Below are positions 17,180-32,234 of a DNA stretch of 64,000 nt, piece by piece (positions within the stretch are counted from its first letter, which is position 1; each line of letters starts with the position of its first letter). The translations under genes and the position numbers were made by a program. The DNA comes from Eledone cirrhosa (lineage: Eukaryota), in NCBI GenBank assembly GCA_964016885.1, contig OZ024753.1, positions 32,426,001 through 32,490,000 of the forward strand. The letters run 5' to 3'. Under the pieces are notes generated by a model, which saw only the letters and a program-made list of their open reading frames with translations, had not been told where the DNA came from and did no database searches.

Positions 17180-18329
17180 AAAGGGAAAGTGGGAAAGGAT
17201 GGTGTAGAGTAAGGAGATACACAGACATTATTTTGTTAATCAAACGGCTTCGTAATATTCGCTTACGAGAGTTTATTAAACAACTGATTACTGCGGTGTG
17301 TGATATTTTCCGACAACTTTTGTTAGTAACAGAACCTCCCATTAAGATCTCCATAAAATCTACACTAATAAAATTGTATCCAATTTGGTGTATTATTTCA
17401 TCTGATGGAACACCTCTTATAAATGGCACCGAATATATCAAGACATTCATCAGTAAACAATTAATGCATACTGTCCCCCCGAAACAGAAAATTATAGAAT
17501 ACGACGCAGAATGTCAATTAAATTGTACGCATTAAAAGGGTTAATTACTTGATTTAATTAAATCCGAAGTTACGTTGACGAATTAATCTTCACAGCACGG
17601 CATTAAAAACATCATTAAGTAAGATGCACGAAATGAGAGTTTCTATCCATCAAGCATGTGGCGTCATTAAACATCAGATATAACAGTAATCTACTTTAAA
17701 TATTTGTATAACTACGAAGAAGAGACATCCTACAGTGAAACTGAAAAGAATGTTATTTTTTCTAGTCCAAACGTCTTTTTATCATCAAATAGATTTATTA
17801 TAAAGAATAAAGATTGAATGATTTTTCCCAGTCAAAACACACAGACACACATATTATTAGACACATATCAACATAGATATACACATACATATATGATGCA
17901 TGCGTATATGTGTATGTGAGTGTGGGTTGTCTGCATGTGTGTGTGTGAGTGTAAAGGAAGGTAGATGATCGTTAAATTGGGTCAAGTTAACAATTTTTTA
18001 TTAATCTAGCAGAATTGACCGAACTCCTGGCAGAATGAAAAATGTGCTGAAAAATAAATTGGTTCAAAAATACTACGTGTGCCTAAATCAGGGAATCGAA
18101 CCCACCACGTTTTGATCGTGAGATCTACTTATCCATTGCCCTCTATATGTACACCTGTGAAATATATATATATGGTGGCTGCCAACTCGTTTTCGAGTAC
18201 GGCCAATACTTTATATCCATGTAGGAGAACCCCTACCGATGCGCTGAACGAGTGTGACTTTTTAGTCCAGCCAGCGACTTGAAAACTCTGGTACAAACAC
18301 TACACTTGTGACAATTATTGACACATAGT

Positions 18330-18610
18330 GCTGGGCCCATGGTACCATGTGACGACAAGTGCAGAGAGATCTCCAGATACAAAGCAATGCCTGTGCCGTG
18401 AAGCTTTTACAGTGAGCAAAGGCACTGCACAAAGCCAGTCCCACTCTCTTAACCAAGATGATATTTACCAAAAAGACGAACAAGTCAACATCATTGGATA
18501 CCATCAGAGTTGCAGGTGTTATATCAGAGTTTCCTTCTCCTAGAATTCTGCGTTGACAAAGGCTAAGGGGTCATCTCTCCCGGTGATCTTGGATGGCCAT
18601 TGACTCTTAA
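18330..18610 (-). mobile_element. Possible degenerate RTE-type 5' region
   Basis: agtttccttctcctag...aaggct motif recalled from RTE-type 5' ends; no ORF support. Confidence 0.25.
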
Positions 18611-18624
18611 GAGCTCCTTTATAT

Positions 18625-18710
<86 letters not shown>

Positions 18711-20199
18711 GTCACTCTCAATCTCTCTAAATATTTTTTATATATATGTATATATACTCATTTGTAGCATACTATATGTCCGCATGTACACAAATTATAT
18801 ATGTCTATATATAGGTATACATACATACGTACATATATTCAGACACAGGAATACTATGTTTGTGCTTGCGTGCTATTAGATATTAAAAATATTTAATATT
18901 TATAAGCTTTAGTACACATATCCACGCATAGAATATAATGAACGTTGCAACTATATTTAACAGGGGATAACTTATTTACTGTAGCTCAGTTCACTTTGTT
19001 ATATATTTCATGTTCTCCCGTCATTATGGTGGTCATCATGAGACTCTGAACATATGTTATCACAATATATCTTATATATAAGGCTGCTTTCATCTTTGAG
19101 AATATTTGCCTGAATTTGTCTTGAAAGAAGAGATTTATATCAGTCCTACATCGTTGTGACTAAACTTGAGATTCTTCTTGATTATTCTATTCAATAAATA
19201 TGCTGTTACCATCGATGACTGATTCAATACGATATCTATTTTTTGTATATTTGAACGTTGACATATCCGAATTAGGTGATCCTTATCTATTTTAGACATT
19301 GTAACTGTTGTGGCAGATTTCAGAGATTCTATAGTAATATGGGCAATGATTGACCTCCCTCTTGACTACGTACCATACTGAGTAATGCAACACATTCGGG
19401 TTTGGGACGCTAGGAAGCCATATGTTTGGTGATACGTGATCTTGGATATTGTAGCTCATCTATTCTTGGGCGGCCTTGGAATTATGAGACGCCACAGACT
19501 CTCGTTGGTAGGTGTACGGTCCTACACTGCCTAAGCTCACAATCCAAAGCCCAACAACCCTCTCCTTATGGTTAGCCACGCATTGCCCTTAAGCCCTGAG
19601 AAAAACGTGAGGATGCATGACATATCCCTCGATGATCCCGGAAAGTTCTGTGCATGACTGTTTGAAACTGTTCAACGTTTATGCATAACCATATGTCATT
19701 CCTTCTGTCCTGATCAAAGTCTTTCTCACCAGAGAAAAATCAATGCATCCCAAGCTCATTATATCTCAACTTGTTCAATAACCGATTTATGCGGATCAGG
19801 TGGTTATACGACTTGTATCGAAGACCCTCATGCAAAATACTTTTACGATAGTGTGTTTTGAAACTTTGAGCCCCTTTTAATGGCGTTAACGGATTTTTTC
19901 TTGGAGTTTATCGGTAATGTTTCGCAACATTCTTACAAATTTGGGTGATCTGATAGTATTATGGCCTTTTGCAGATATTTTACGTTTGGCTACTGCTGGA
20001 GAATAGCCCTCAGCGTTTTCTAGCTATTTACAAACTTAGAAAACAAACGCCCATGTAACTTTCATGAAGGAAGCAATCTCTAAATATCTATGCTCTGCCT
20101 TTAAGGCAATGCTTAAATGTTAAAAAAAGACTGCCCCGAAACAACTGGATAACGTGTACTTCCAGTAAGCTGAAAATTATGTAATGATAAAGTTATGTT

Positions 20200-20230
<31 letters not shown>

Positions 20231-20289
20231 TGTGTGTGTGTGTGCGTGTGCGTGTATGTGTGTATTTATATGTGTATATATGAATATGC

Positions 20290-20324
<35 letters not shown>

Positions 20325-20686
20325 TATATATATTATAATAGAATATAAGCAGAGATATGGAGTCAGAGACAAAAGGTTAATCTCTTGAAACTATAGTCTC
20401 CGTCTGGGTTTCGTTTTCGACTATCATGTTTACCTCAGTTAGGCCACTAATTCTCAAGGTATCGACCTGTACGTGACCACTCCCAATTCTTCTTATCTCC
20501 CATCAACATCTGACATCATTGCACAAGGAAATCAATAAATTTATATATATATATAATGCATAATAGTTATAATCTTCCAGACAGCTTCATCATCACAAAC
20601 TTCCAATTATTTCAGCAGTATCTCATTCTATGCCTTAATAGCTACCATTACTTATCGGAACAAATCACGAACACACACACATACAC

Positions 20687-20790
<104 letters not shown>

Positions 20791-20932
20791 TATATAATAT
20801 ATACATACATAAACATATATACACAGTTACATACACACACAGACACACACGTATATATATAATATATACATAAACATATATACATAGTTACATACACTCA
20901 CGTATATATATATATGCACATACCCTTATAAA

Positions 20933-20998
<66 letters not shown>

Positions 20999-21169
20999 TA
21001 CACATGTAGATAAATATATATATATATATATAAGATTAAAGTACTTGAGTGCATTGGAGTTAAACACTCGTCGTATTAGAGAAATGATAGTATAAGATAT
21101 AGCTATAAATTCCCTGTTCTTCTGAGTTTTGGCTTGTTCTGGCCGTTAATACTTCTTGTCTATTTCCTT

Positions 21170-21210
21170 GCTCTGATGAATCCCTATTAATGGGACGAAA
21201 CATTGTCAGC
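21170..21210 (+). ncRNA. Minimal type I hammerhead motif in a small non-coding element (~21035-21255) within (TA)n
   Basis: gct-CTGATGA-a-tccc tattaat ggga-c-GAAA-cattg-TC-agc followed by AATAAA; A.C mismatch at the base of stem II. Confidence 0.75.
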
Positions 21211-21253
21211 TAATAAAGACTTTTGATGTATTGAAGGCTTCTTTGTTTATTTT

Positions 21254-21324
<71 letters not shown>

Positions 21325-21610
21325 TTATATACATATTAATATAGGTATATACACACACAGACACACACGTATATATATATATACACATACCTATATAAAT
21401 GAATACATATATATGGATACACATGCAGATAAATATAAATATGTACATATATGTATATCTGTATATATATATATATATACATATAACTATATATATATAA
21501 ATATATATACATATCTGTATATATATACATATCTGTATATATATACATATCTGTATATATATACATATCGTAGACTTAAGAGAACATACATATCTGTATA
21601 TATATACATA

Positions 21611-21657
<47 letters not shown>

Positions 21658-21835
21658 GTAGCTATATATATACATATAAATATATATAAATATAGGTACA
21701 TACACACACAGACACACACGTATATATATATATATATACACATACCTATATAAATGAATAAATATATATGCATACGCATGCAGATAAATATAAAGATATA
21801 CATATATATATATCTGTATATATATATATATATTT

Positions 21836-22403
21836 ATTAAAATAACAGATTAAAGTTTAAGCAAAGAATCGTTTCTTTCACCCTTAACGGGATCTTCTGA
21901 AACTAACAAAGTCAATATGTAAACGCAGAAGTGGATATTTCAAAAAACGTTGCAACCGGGGGAAGACAGGAAGATGACAACTTTGAGATGAGACTTAAGA
22001 GAACATTAGTCTACGACCTCTTTTATACCATAAACGTGGTTCTGTCTTTGCGCATAACTGTTTTTCACCGTTCCTATTAATGACGTATTATATTCGTTTT
22101 TTCCCGTTCTTTGCCAGGGAACGTTTCCACGAATCAAAGTATCATCTTCCTGTCTTCCTCCGGTTGCAACGTTTTTTGAAATATACACTTCTGCGTTTAC
22201 AGATTGACTTTTTAGTTTCAGAAGATCCCGTTAAGGGGTAAAGCAGCGATTCTTTGCTTAAAATTTAATCTGTTATTTTAATAAATATTTGCTCTACGGT
22301 TCTTATATATTTGATATATATTTATCCTTATCGAGCCCACTTTGAATTTTTATCTTCAAATTTATTATTATTACTATATATATACATATAACTATATATA
22401 TAC

Positions 22404-22466
<63 letters not shown>

Positions 22467-22701
22467 CATATATATATACATATATATATATATACACATA
22501 TATATATATATATACATTTATTAAAATAACAGATTAAAGTTTAAGCAAAGAATCGCTGCTTTCACCCTTAAAGCAGCGATTCTTTGCTTAAACTTTCATC
22601 TGTTATTTTAATAAATATTTGCTCTACGGTTCTTATATATTTGATATATATTTATCCTTATCGAGCCCTCTTTGGATGTTAGTCTTCAAATTTATTATTA
22701 T

Positions 22702-22705
<4 letters not shown>
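21836..22705. mobile_element. Cluster of non-coding PLE 3'-UTR fragments (same family as 14620-16975) arranged as two inverted pairs
   Basis: 21836-21978 is inverted to part of 22007-22375; 22518-22570 folds back onto 22571-22616. Confidence 0.85.
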
Positions 22706-22792
<87 letters not shown>

Positions 22793-22886
22793 CAGATATA
22801 TATTTAACCATGCCCATTACGAACTGAGGATCCGCTAAGCTGAAACAATTGTTCCTGGTATGGTGAACTAACTGTTGTGTTACCAC

Positions 22887-22946
<60 letters not shown>

Positions 22947-23576
22947 CTATATATATACATATATATTCACGAATATTAATATTTCTAATTTTATTTATTC
23001 ATTTCATCTCAATTGTTAACTCAACTTAATATGACATAACTTAAGGTTTTCGTTCTCCCCCCCCCCCCTCTCTATCTCTACATATCTCTCTCTTGAGTTC
23101 TTTCTCTGTCTGATGTTTTGATATCTCCCCGTTATTTTTCCTCTGTTCTCTTTTCTTTTTGCTTTCTTCTTTTTTCTTTATCTATCTTTCCCTTTCTTTT
23201 CTCCACATTTCTCTCTCTCTCTCTCTCTCTCCATCTTCTTACTTACTCTTAACACTATGACTTACTAAATTAAACAAACCACTATCCGGATGGCCTCCAA
23301 AAACAACGGTCACCTTTTTGAAAGGGTACGTCAATATCTATTTGTAAAACTGTTATATATTGTATTTTGTCTGATTTAACTTGGTATCCTTGAAATATAT
23401 ATAATGAAATAAATATGGTTTTATAATTATAGTTTCCATTTATTAATATTGTATATCTACTCCAAATATTTGTCGAGTGCTTTATATCAGCTATAATAAT
23501 ATTTGCTTGTTGTATCCCAACAATTTAAATAGAACTTTTGCATATACATATATACATATAGGTCGACCACGGAATG

Positions 23577-23609
<33 letters not shown>

Positions 23610-23611
<2 letters not shown>

Positions 23612-24850
23612 GGTCGACCACGGAATGATATGTCACAAACTACACGGACTCGACATAACTGGAAAAGTAGGTGAGTTTGGTGCATCGCTTCCTAAGCGAC
23701 ATAAGCCAGGCAGTCGCAGCAAATGGGGCCCTCTCAAAGGAAACACCAATAACAAGTGGGGTGCCCCAGGGGACAGTCCTGGGATCACTACTGTTTTTCG
23801 TGGCTCTCTCAGACATGCTCTCTGTAGTACATACAACAACATCCTTCACTAGCTATGCTGATGACACTAAGGTAGCACAGGCAATCAAAAATCCGGCTGA
23901 CGCTGCCCTTTTACAGCAGGATCTGGATGCCATATACAAATGGGCGGAAGAAAACAACATGCAGTTTAATGCTGGCAAATTCCAAGCCCTACAATACAAA
24001 CCTCCAAACAAACCTGCAAACACAAATATAGTGGAACACAACTACACAGGACCAGGAGGGACCGATATCCCCGTGTCAAAATCGATACGAGACCTGGGCA
24101 TAGACATGAGCGATGGTGCATCTTTTTCTTCACACATCATGAAAGTGGCGACAATGTGCAGACGACTCGCTAGATGGATGTTGAGGACTTTCCGGACAAG
24201 AGATCGAGACACCATGTTGACACTATGGAGGACATTTGTCCTAAGCCGCCTGGACTACTGCTCCCAGTTGTGGTCACCCCATAGTGTCAAACTAACCACG
24301 GAGCTTGAGGCAATCCAGCGAGGCTACACCAAGAGGATTGCCAAGATGAGGGAGACAAGCTACTGGGAGAAGCTAAAGGAACTGAATCTCTACTCCTTGG
24401 AGCGAAGACGGGAGAGATACGCAGTGATCTACATGTGGAAAATCCTGGAGGGACTAGCACCAAACTTTGGCATTGGGAGCTGGACCAACCGTCGAACAGG
24501 ACGTCACTGTGTGGTGTCAAAGGTCCCGTCTTCCACATCCAGAATAAGGAGCAGGTATTGCAATAGTCTGGGATTCAAGGGCCCTCAACTCTTCAACAGG
24601 CTGCCGAGGGATCTGAGAGATTTGCATGACGTGGAGGTGGATGTCTTCAAGAAACATCTCGACAACTTGTTATCCAGGTTCCGGGATAAGCCCACAGCAA
24701 GACACGAGGGAAACCTAAGGGCAGCAGCAACAAACTCCCTCTTACACCAGTGGCCAACCTATACAGGCTGGAGATAAAAAGTGTAGCAACAAGGGCGGTG
24801 CCCCAGCATGGCCTCAGTCGGATGGCTGTAACAGGTAAACGAGTAAAAGA
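23610..24850 (+). mobile_element. 5'-truncated CR1-group LINE (RT and C-terminal domain)
   Basis: VDHGMICHKL (frameshift near 23674), then SGVPQGTVLG..YADDTK..LQQDL..NNMQFN..RDLG..LDYCSQLWSP..LYSLERRR; short 3' tail; flanked by (TA)n. Confidence 0.9.
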
Positions 24851-25935
<1,085 letters not shown>

Positions 25936-27688
25936 GGCGGAAGCAGTTGCGGCACGCAATGACATGCGTTCTGTGTACCAAATTGCCAAGAAAATCACCG
26001 GCAGCTCTAGAGCTAACTCAGGCCCGGTGAAAGCGAAAGATGGTACGCTTCTTTCCAAGGGTGAAGAAAAGTTAGTCAGATGGGCTGAACATTTCAAGGA
26101 AGTCCTCAACCGACCGGAGCCACGTGTGCCATCAGACACTAAGGAACCTACTAGTTTGTTGCCTCTCAATACTGATGACTTCACCGAGAAGGAAGTCCGC
26201 ATGGCCATCAAAACCCTTAAGATTAATAAGTCACCAGGTATGGATGGCATTTCTGCTGAAATGCTGTAGTCAGGAGGCGAAAGCATGGTCAAGTGGATGG
26301 GCCACGTATGTAATCTTGTGTGGTACACGGGTGAAGTGCCAGAAGATTGGAGAAACGGAGCGGTTGTCGGTATCCCCAAGACAACCTTGCCGATTGTGAC
26401 AACTGGAGGGGAGTGACACTTCTCTCCATACCAGGGAAGGTCTATTGTCTGATGATCCTGAACCGCATACGTGGCATGGTAGACCGGGAACTGCGAGAAC
26501 AACAGGCAGGGTTCCGACCAAAACGTTCCTGTGCAGAGCAGATCTTTACGCTACGCCGCATCATTGAGAGGTACAACGAATTCCAGAGGCCCCTCGCCGT
26601 CAGCTCCATCGATTTCTCCAAAGCATTCGATAGCATTCATCGACTGTCACTCTGGAGCATCATGCATGTGTATGATCTGCCCAGAAAGTCATTTCGGCAA
26701 TCAAACAGATTTACGCAAACTCCAAGTGCTGCATACGGACAGAGGATGGTTACAGTGACCGGTTTAAGGTGGTTACTGGTGTGCGTCAGGGTTGCTCGCT
26801 CTCTCCAATTCTCTTTGCCATATCCATTGACTGGGTATTAAGAAGAGCGTCTAAAGACCAGGGTATACCTTGGGTGGGAGAGCAAAAGTTATCTGACCTG
26901 GGCTTTGCGGACGATATTGCTGCACTTGCAGAGAGCACAGCTGACCTGCAAATCATTATGAACAATATCAATGTCGAAGCAGGAAGCTTAGGTCTCAATA
27001 TCAGTGCTAAGAAGACCAAAAGCATGTTATCTGGGACACACCCATCACCAACTAGTGTTTTCATTGAACAGGGGGAGGTGGAGATAGTGGACAACTTCAC
27101 CTACCTAGGAAGCTCCATTGACAATGGGGGCGCCATGGACAGTGAATGGCAATGTAGAATGGGAAAGGCTTCAGCAGCATTTAACCAGCTTGTCAAGATC
27201 TGGAAGAGCAGAAAGTTCACCCCTCAAAAGAAAGATGAGATTCTACAACAGCAATGTGCTGTCCACACTCTTGTACGGAAGTGAAACATGGCACCTTAAG
27301 ACCAGCCAAGAAAAGAAGTTGCACACATTCGATTCCAGGTGTCTGCGAAAGATCCTGGGGATTAAATGGAGTGACCATGTAACAAACCAGGAAGTCAGGA
27401 ACCACACCAACCAGCAGCGAGTCTCTTCTGACATCTGCAAGCGACGCCTGGGCTGGTTTGGGCATGCTTTGAGACTTCCCCCGGAGAGACTGGCGAACCA
27501 AGTACTTAAATGGAACCCACAGGGAAGCAGACGGAGAGGGCGATCCAAAATGAACTGGCGCCAGACAGTTGAGAGGGACCTGCGAGCGACAAACAGTCAA
27601 TGGCGGGACGCTGTGCAACTTGCTGCTGACCGAACGCGGTGGAGCACTATGATTGCCTCGTGCGTCGCAAGACGCGGGAGCTTCTGAG

Positions 27689-27692
<4 letters not shown>
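25936..27692 (+). mobile_element. 5'-truncated RTE-clade LINE, ORF disrupted by a stop and frameshifts
   Basis: RWAEHF..KSPGMDGISAEML* / CDNWRGVTLLSIPGKV..QAGFRP..DFSKAFDS / GVRQGCSLSP..FADDIA..FTYLGS / LLYGSETW..RRLGWFGH..RRRGR; flanked by (TA)n. Confidence 0.93.
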
Positions 27693-27743
<51 letters not shown>

Positions 27744-27747
<4 letters not shown>

Positions 27748-27934
27748 AGTAAGTAAGACCCCGACGGCTGAGCTCAAGCCGTTTCGACGGCTAATTCTGT
27801 ACTGAATTAGCCGTCAAAACGGCTTGAGCTCAGCCGTCGGGGTCTTACTTACTCCTATTACCCACTCTACTACCCTAAGTATTGAGTACTTTGGTGCGTT
27901 ATGGTCCACCTGGTTCCTTACCACTTTTCCCTCG

Positions 27935-27935
<1 letters not shown>
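27744..27935 (+). repeat. Small dispersed element with a ~55-bp-arm terminal palindrome; copies at 56755-56940, 16998-17055, 41265-41320
   Basis: taggagtaagtaagaccccgacggctgagctcaagccgtttcgacggctaattc...gaattagccgtcaaaacggcttgagctcagccgtcggggtcttacttactccta. Confidence 0.85.
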
Positions 27936-28000
<65 letters not shown>

Positions 28001-28167
28001 GTCTATATATATATGTATATATATATATATACGTCTATATATATGTATATATATATATATATATACGTCTATATATATATGTATATATATATATATACGT
28101 CTATATATATGTATATATATATATATATACGTCTATATATATGTATATATATATATATATATACGTC

Positions 28168-28199
<32 letters not shown>

Positions 28200-28237
28200 C
28201 GTATATATGTATGTATATATATATATATACATCTATA

Positions 28238-28283
<46 letters not shown>

Positions 28284-28287
28284 TATA

Positions 28288-28382
<95 letters not shown>

Positions 28383-28422
28383 GTATATATATGTATACGT
28401 CTATATATATGTATATATATAT

Positions 28423-28762
28423 GGAGGCACGTGGCTTAGTGGGTAGAGCATTGGCCTTGCAATCAAAAGGTTGTGAGTTCAATTCTCAGATTGGGTGATG
28501 TGTTGTTTCCTTGAGCAAGACACTTTATTTCACATTGCTCCAGTTTACTCAGCTGTAGAAATGAGATGATAGGGACTAGGGTCCATATCATTCCACTGCA
28601 AAGTCGTCGTGCAGGTGCCACGGCAAAAAAGCACCCAGCACTCACTGTAAATGAGGTTGGTGTTAGGAAGGGCATCCAGCTGTAGAAATCAAGCCAGAAT
28701 CAGTTCCCGTCCCTCTCTTGCAAGCAGGGAAAAGCGGACGTAAAATGAAATGATGATGATGA
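28423..28762 (+). mobile_element. tRNA-derived SINE with (ATG)n tail
   Basis: A box TGGCTTAGTGG, B box GTTCAATTC, ccttgagcaagacactt core, aggaagggcatccagc segment, atgatgatg tail. Confidence 0.85.
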
Positions 28763-28802
28763 TATATATATATGTATATATATATACGTCTATATATATA
28801 TG

Positions 28803-28854
<52 letters not shown>

Positions 28855-28864
28855 CGTCTATATA

Positions 28865-28921
<57 letters not shown>

Positions 28922-29156
28922 GTACGTCTATATATATATACATATACGTCTATATATATATATGTATATATATATATATGTATAGTATTAAGGATACTAT
29001 TTATGGTTATGTATATACTAAAACTTTTTATAGTTATATATATTTTAAACCCTTATTACCAGTAAGATAAATAGCTCAATGTAATATAATCAGTTGTTCT
29101 ACAGAGCAGTTATATAGAAATCACATGTATCAAACTTCTGTTCAAACCATTTATTA

Positions 29157-29201
29157 GCTTACAATTGTTTCGTCCAAACCGAGGTTTGGAGTCTTCGGAG
29201 C
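29157..29201 (-). ncRNA. Hammerhead motif, core variant CCGAAGA
   Basis: Reverse complement: GCU-CCGAAGA-c-UCCAAAC cucg GUUUGGA-c-GAAA-CAAUUG-UA-AGC, then AAUAAA; palindromic stem III. Confidence 0.65.
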
Positions 29202-29578
29202 AATTTTTCAATGATTATTTACATACATGACCTCCATTCCAACACAAGAGACATACAGAAACATATGTATATATCGATGCACAGTGGGGTGACATCCATC
29301 ATAATATTTTTGCATGGCAATTTAAATTCAAAAATCATATTAAAACAAAATAAAAGTTAAAATACAACATCGGCAGTTTACAAAGATAATGCAAGAGGAT
29401 AGTTTGTTAGTCATATAGTAAATCCTCTTGCATTATCTTCGTAAATTTTTGAATTTAAATTGCCATGCACAAATATTATAATGGATGTCACCCCACTGTG
29501 CATCGATATATACATATGTTTATGTATGTCTCTTGCGTTGGAAAGGAGGTCTTGTATGTAAACAATGATTGAAAAATT

Positions 29579-29623
29579 GCTTGGAAGACTCCAAACCTCG
29601 GTTTGGACGAAACAATTGTAAGC
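29579..29623 (+). ncRNA. Degenerate hammerhead motif (core TGGAAGA)
   Basis: gct-tggaaga-c-tccaaac ctcg gtttgga-c-GAAA-caattg-TA-agc. Confidence 0.55.
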
Positions 29624-29649
29624 TAATAAATGGTTTGAACAGTACTTTG

Positions 29650-29811
<162 letters not shown>

Positions 29812-29961
29812 CATATATGTATATATACATATATGTACATATATGTATATATATGTATGTATATATACATATATGTATATATACATATATGTACATATAT
29901 GTATATATATATATGTATATATACATATATGTATATATACATATATGTATATATATATATG

Positions 29962-30012
<51 letters not shown>

Positions 30013-30084
30013 GATTCTTATATTTCATATGTATATATATATATATATATATATGTATATAATATATATGTATATATATATATG

Positions 30085-30135
<51 letters not shown>

Positions 30136-30184
30136 GATTCTTATATTTCATATGTATATATATATATATGTATATATATATATG

Positions 30185-30247
<63 letters not shown>

Positions 30248-30278
30248 GTATATATATATATTTGTATATATATATATG

Positions 30279-30373
<95 letters not shown>

Positions 30374-30484
30374 GTATATATATATGTATATGTATATATA
30401 TATATGTATATGTATATATATATATGTATATATGTATATGTATATATATATATGTATATATGTATATGTATATATATATATGTA

Positions 30485-30521
<37 letters not shown>

Positions 30522-30695
30522 GTATATATATATATGTATATATGTATATGTATATATATATATGTATATATATATGTATATATATATGTATATGTATATA
30601 TATATATGTAAATGTGTGGCACGCATGTGCGTCTTGTTTATATAGTGTGGTTGTTTATATATATGTATATATATATATTTGTATATATATATATG

Positions 30696-30798
<103 letters not shown>

Positions 30799-30859
30799 GT
30801 ATATATATGTATATATATATATATATGTATATATATGTATATATATATGTATATATATG

Positions 30860-30892
<33 letters not shown>

Positions 30893-30951
30893 GTATATAT
30901 ATATATATCTTTATGTATATATATATATATGTATATATATATATGTATATG

Positions 30952-31016
<65 letters not shown>

Positions 31017-31027
31017 GTATATATATG

Positions 31028-31060
<33 letters not shown>

Positions 31061-31103
31061 GTATATATATATGTATATATATATATATATATGTATATGT
31101 ATA

Positions 31104-31201
<98 letters not shown>

Positions 31202-31214
31202 TATATGTATATAC

Positions 31215-31277
<63 letters not shown>

Positions 31278-31315
31278 GTTATATAGTATATATATATATA
31301 TATATATTTATATAG

Positions 31316-31371
<56 letters not shown>

Positions 31372-31479
31372 CATACATACATATTTATATATACATACAT
31401 ACATATATACATACATTCATATATACATACATATATACATACATACATATATACATACATACATACATACATACATACA

Positions 31480-31511
<32 letters not shown>

Positions 31512-31920
31512 CATACATATATACATACATACATACATACATACATGCATACATACATACATACATATACATACATACATATACATACATATACATATAT
31601 ATATACATACATATATATATATATATATAAATATATATATACATATATACATATACATTTACATATATACATACATACATATATACATACATACATATAT
31701 ATATATATATATTGTTATATTTGGGGAGGGTCATATTTGCGTAATATTGCCAGAATTAATAACAGAACACACTCACTGTTTGGTTGGTTTTCGCTTCTCG
31801 CTGTCTTTTATATATATATATCTGCGATCTAACTTACTCGGTCCTCAATGTTGCCATTGACTGACCGGCGGTCAAAAATAATACAGATACAATATAGACA
31901 AACACATATATATATAGTTT

Positions 31921-31964
31921 ACATAAATCTTTCGTTGCACATCTGCAACATCGTCAGTGGTGTT
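31921..31964 (-). ncRNA. Hammerhead motif (subfamily B, left arm)
   Basis: Reverse complement of 36241-36283. Confidence 0.7.
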
Positions 31965-32234
31965 ATATTCATTGTTCCTCCTGTTGTGTTGTATGTCTAC
32001 GCCATTTTTTTTTTTTTGTTCAGTCTGTCTATATATTTATTTATTTATTTGCTTGTTTGTTTATCTTATTTTATTTTGTCTTCTTTGCGCATGCGTTTGC
32101 GTGTGTGTATAGTGTTATGTGTGATGTGTGACTAGTGTGTATAGTGTTGTGTCTGCTGGGTGACTAGTGTGTGTTTATGTGCTTGTGTATGTATTTATTT
32201 ATCTTATTTTATTTAATTTAATTTACTTATTTAT

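Noticed and set aside
28423-28495. tRNA gene
   Set aside because: A/B boxes are present but there is no paired acceptor stem and it continues into a SINE body; the same applies to 14510-14582
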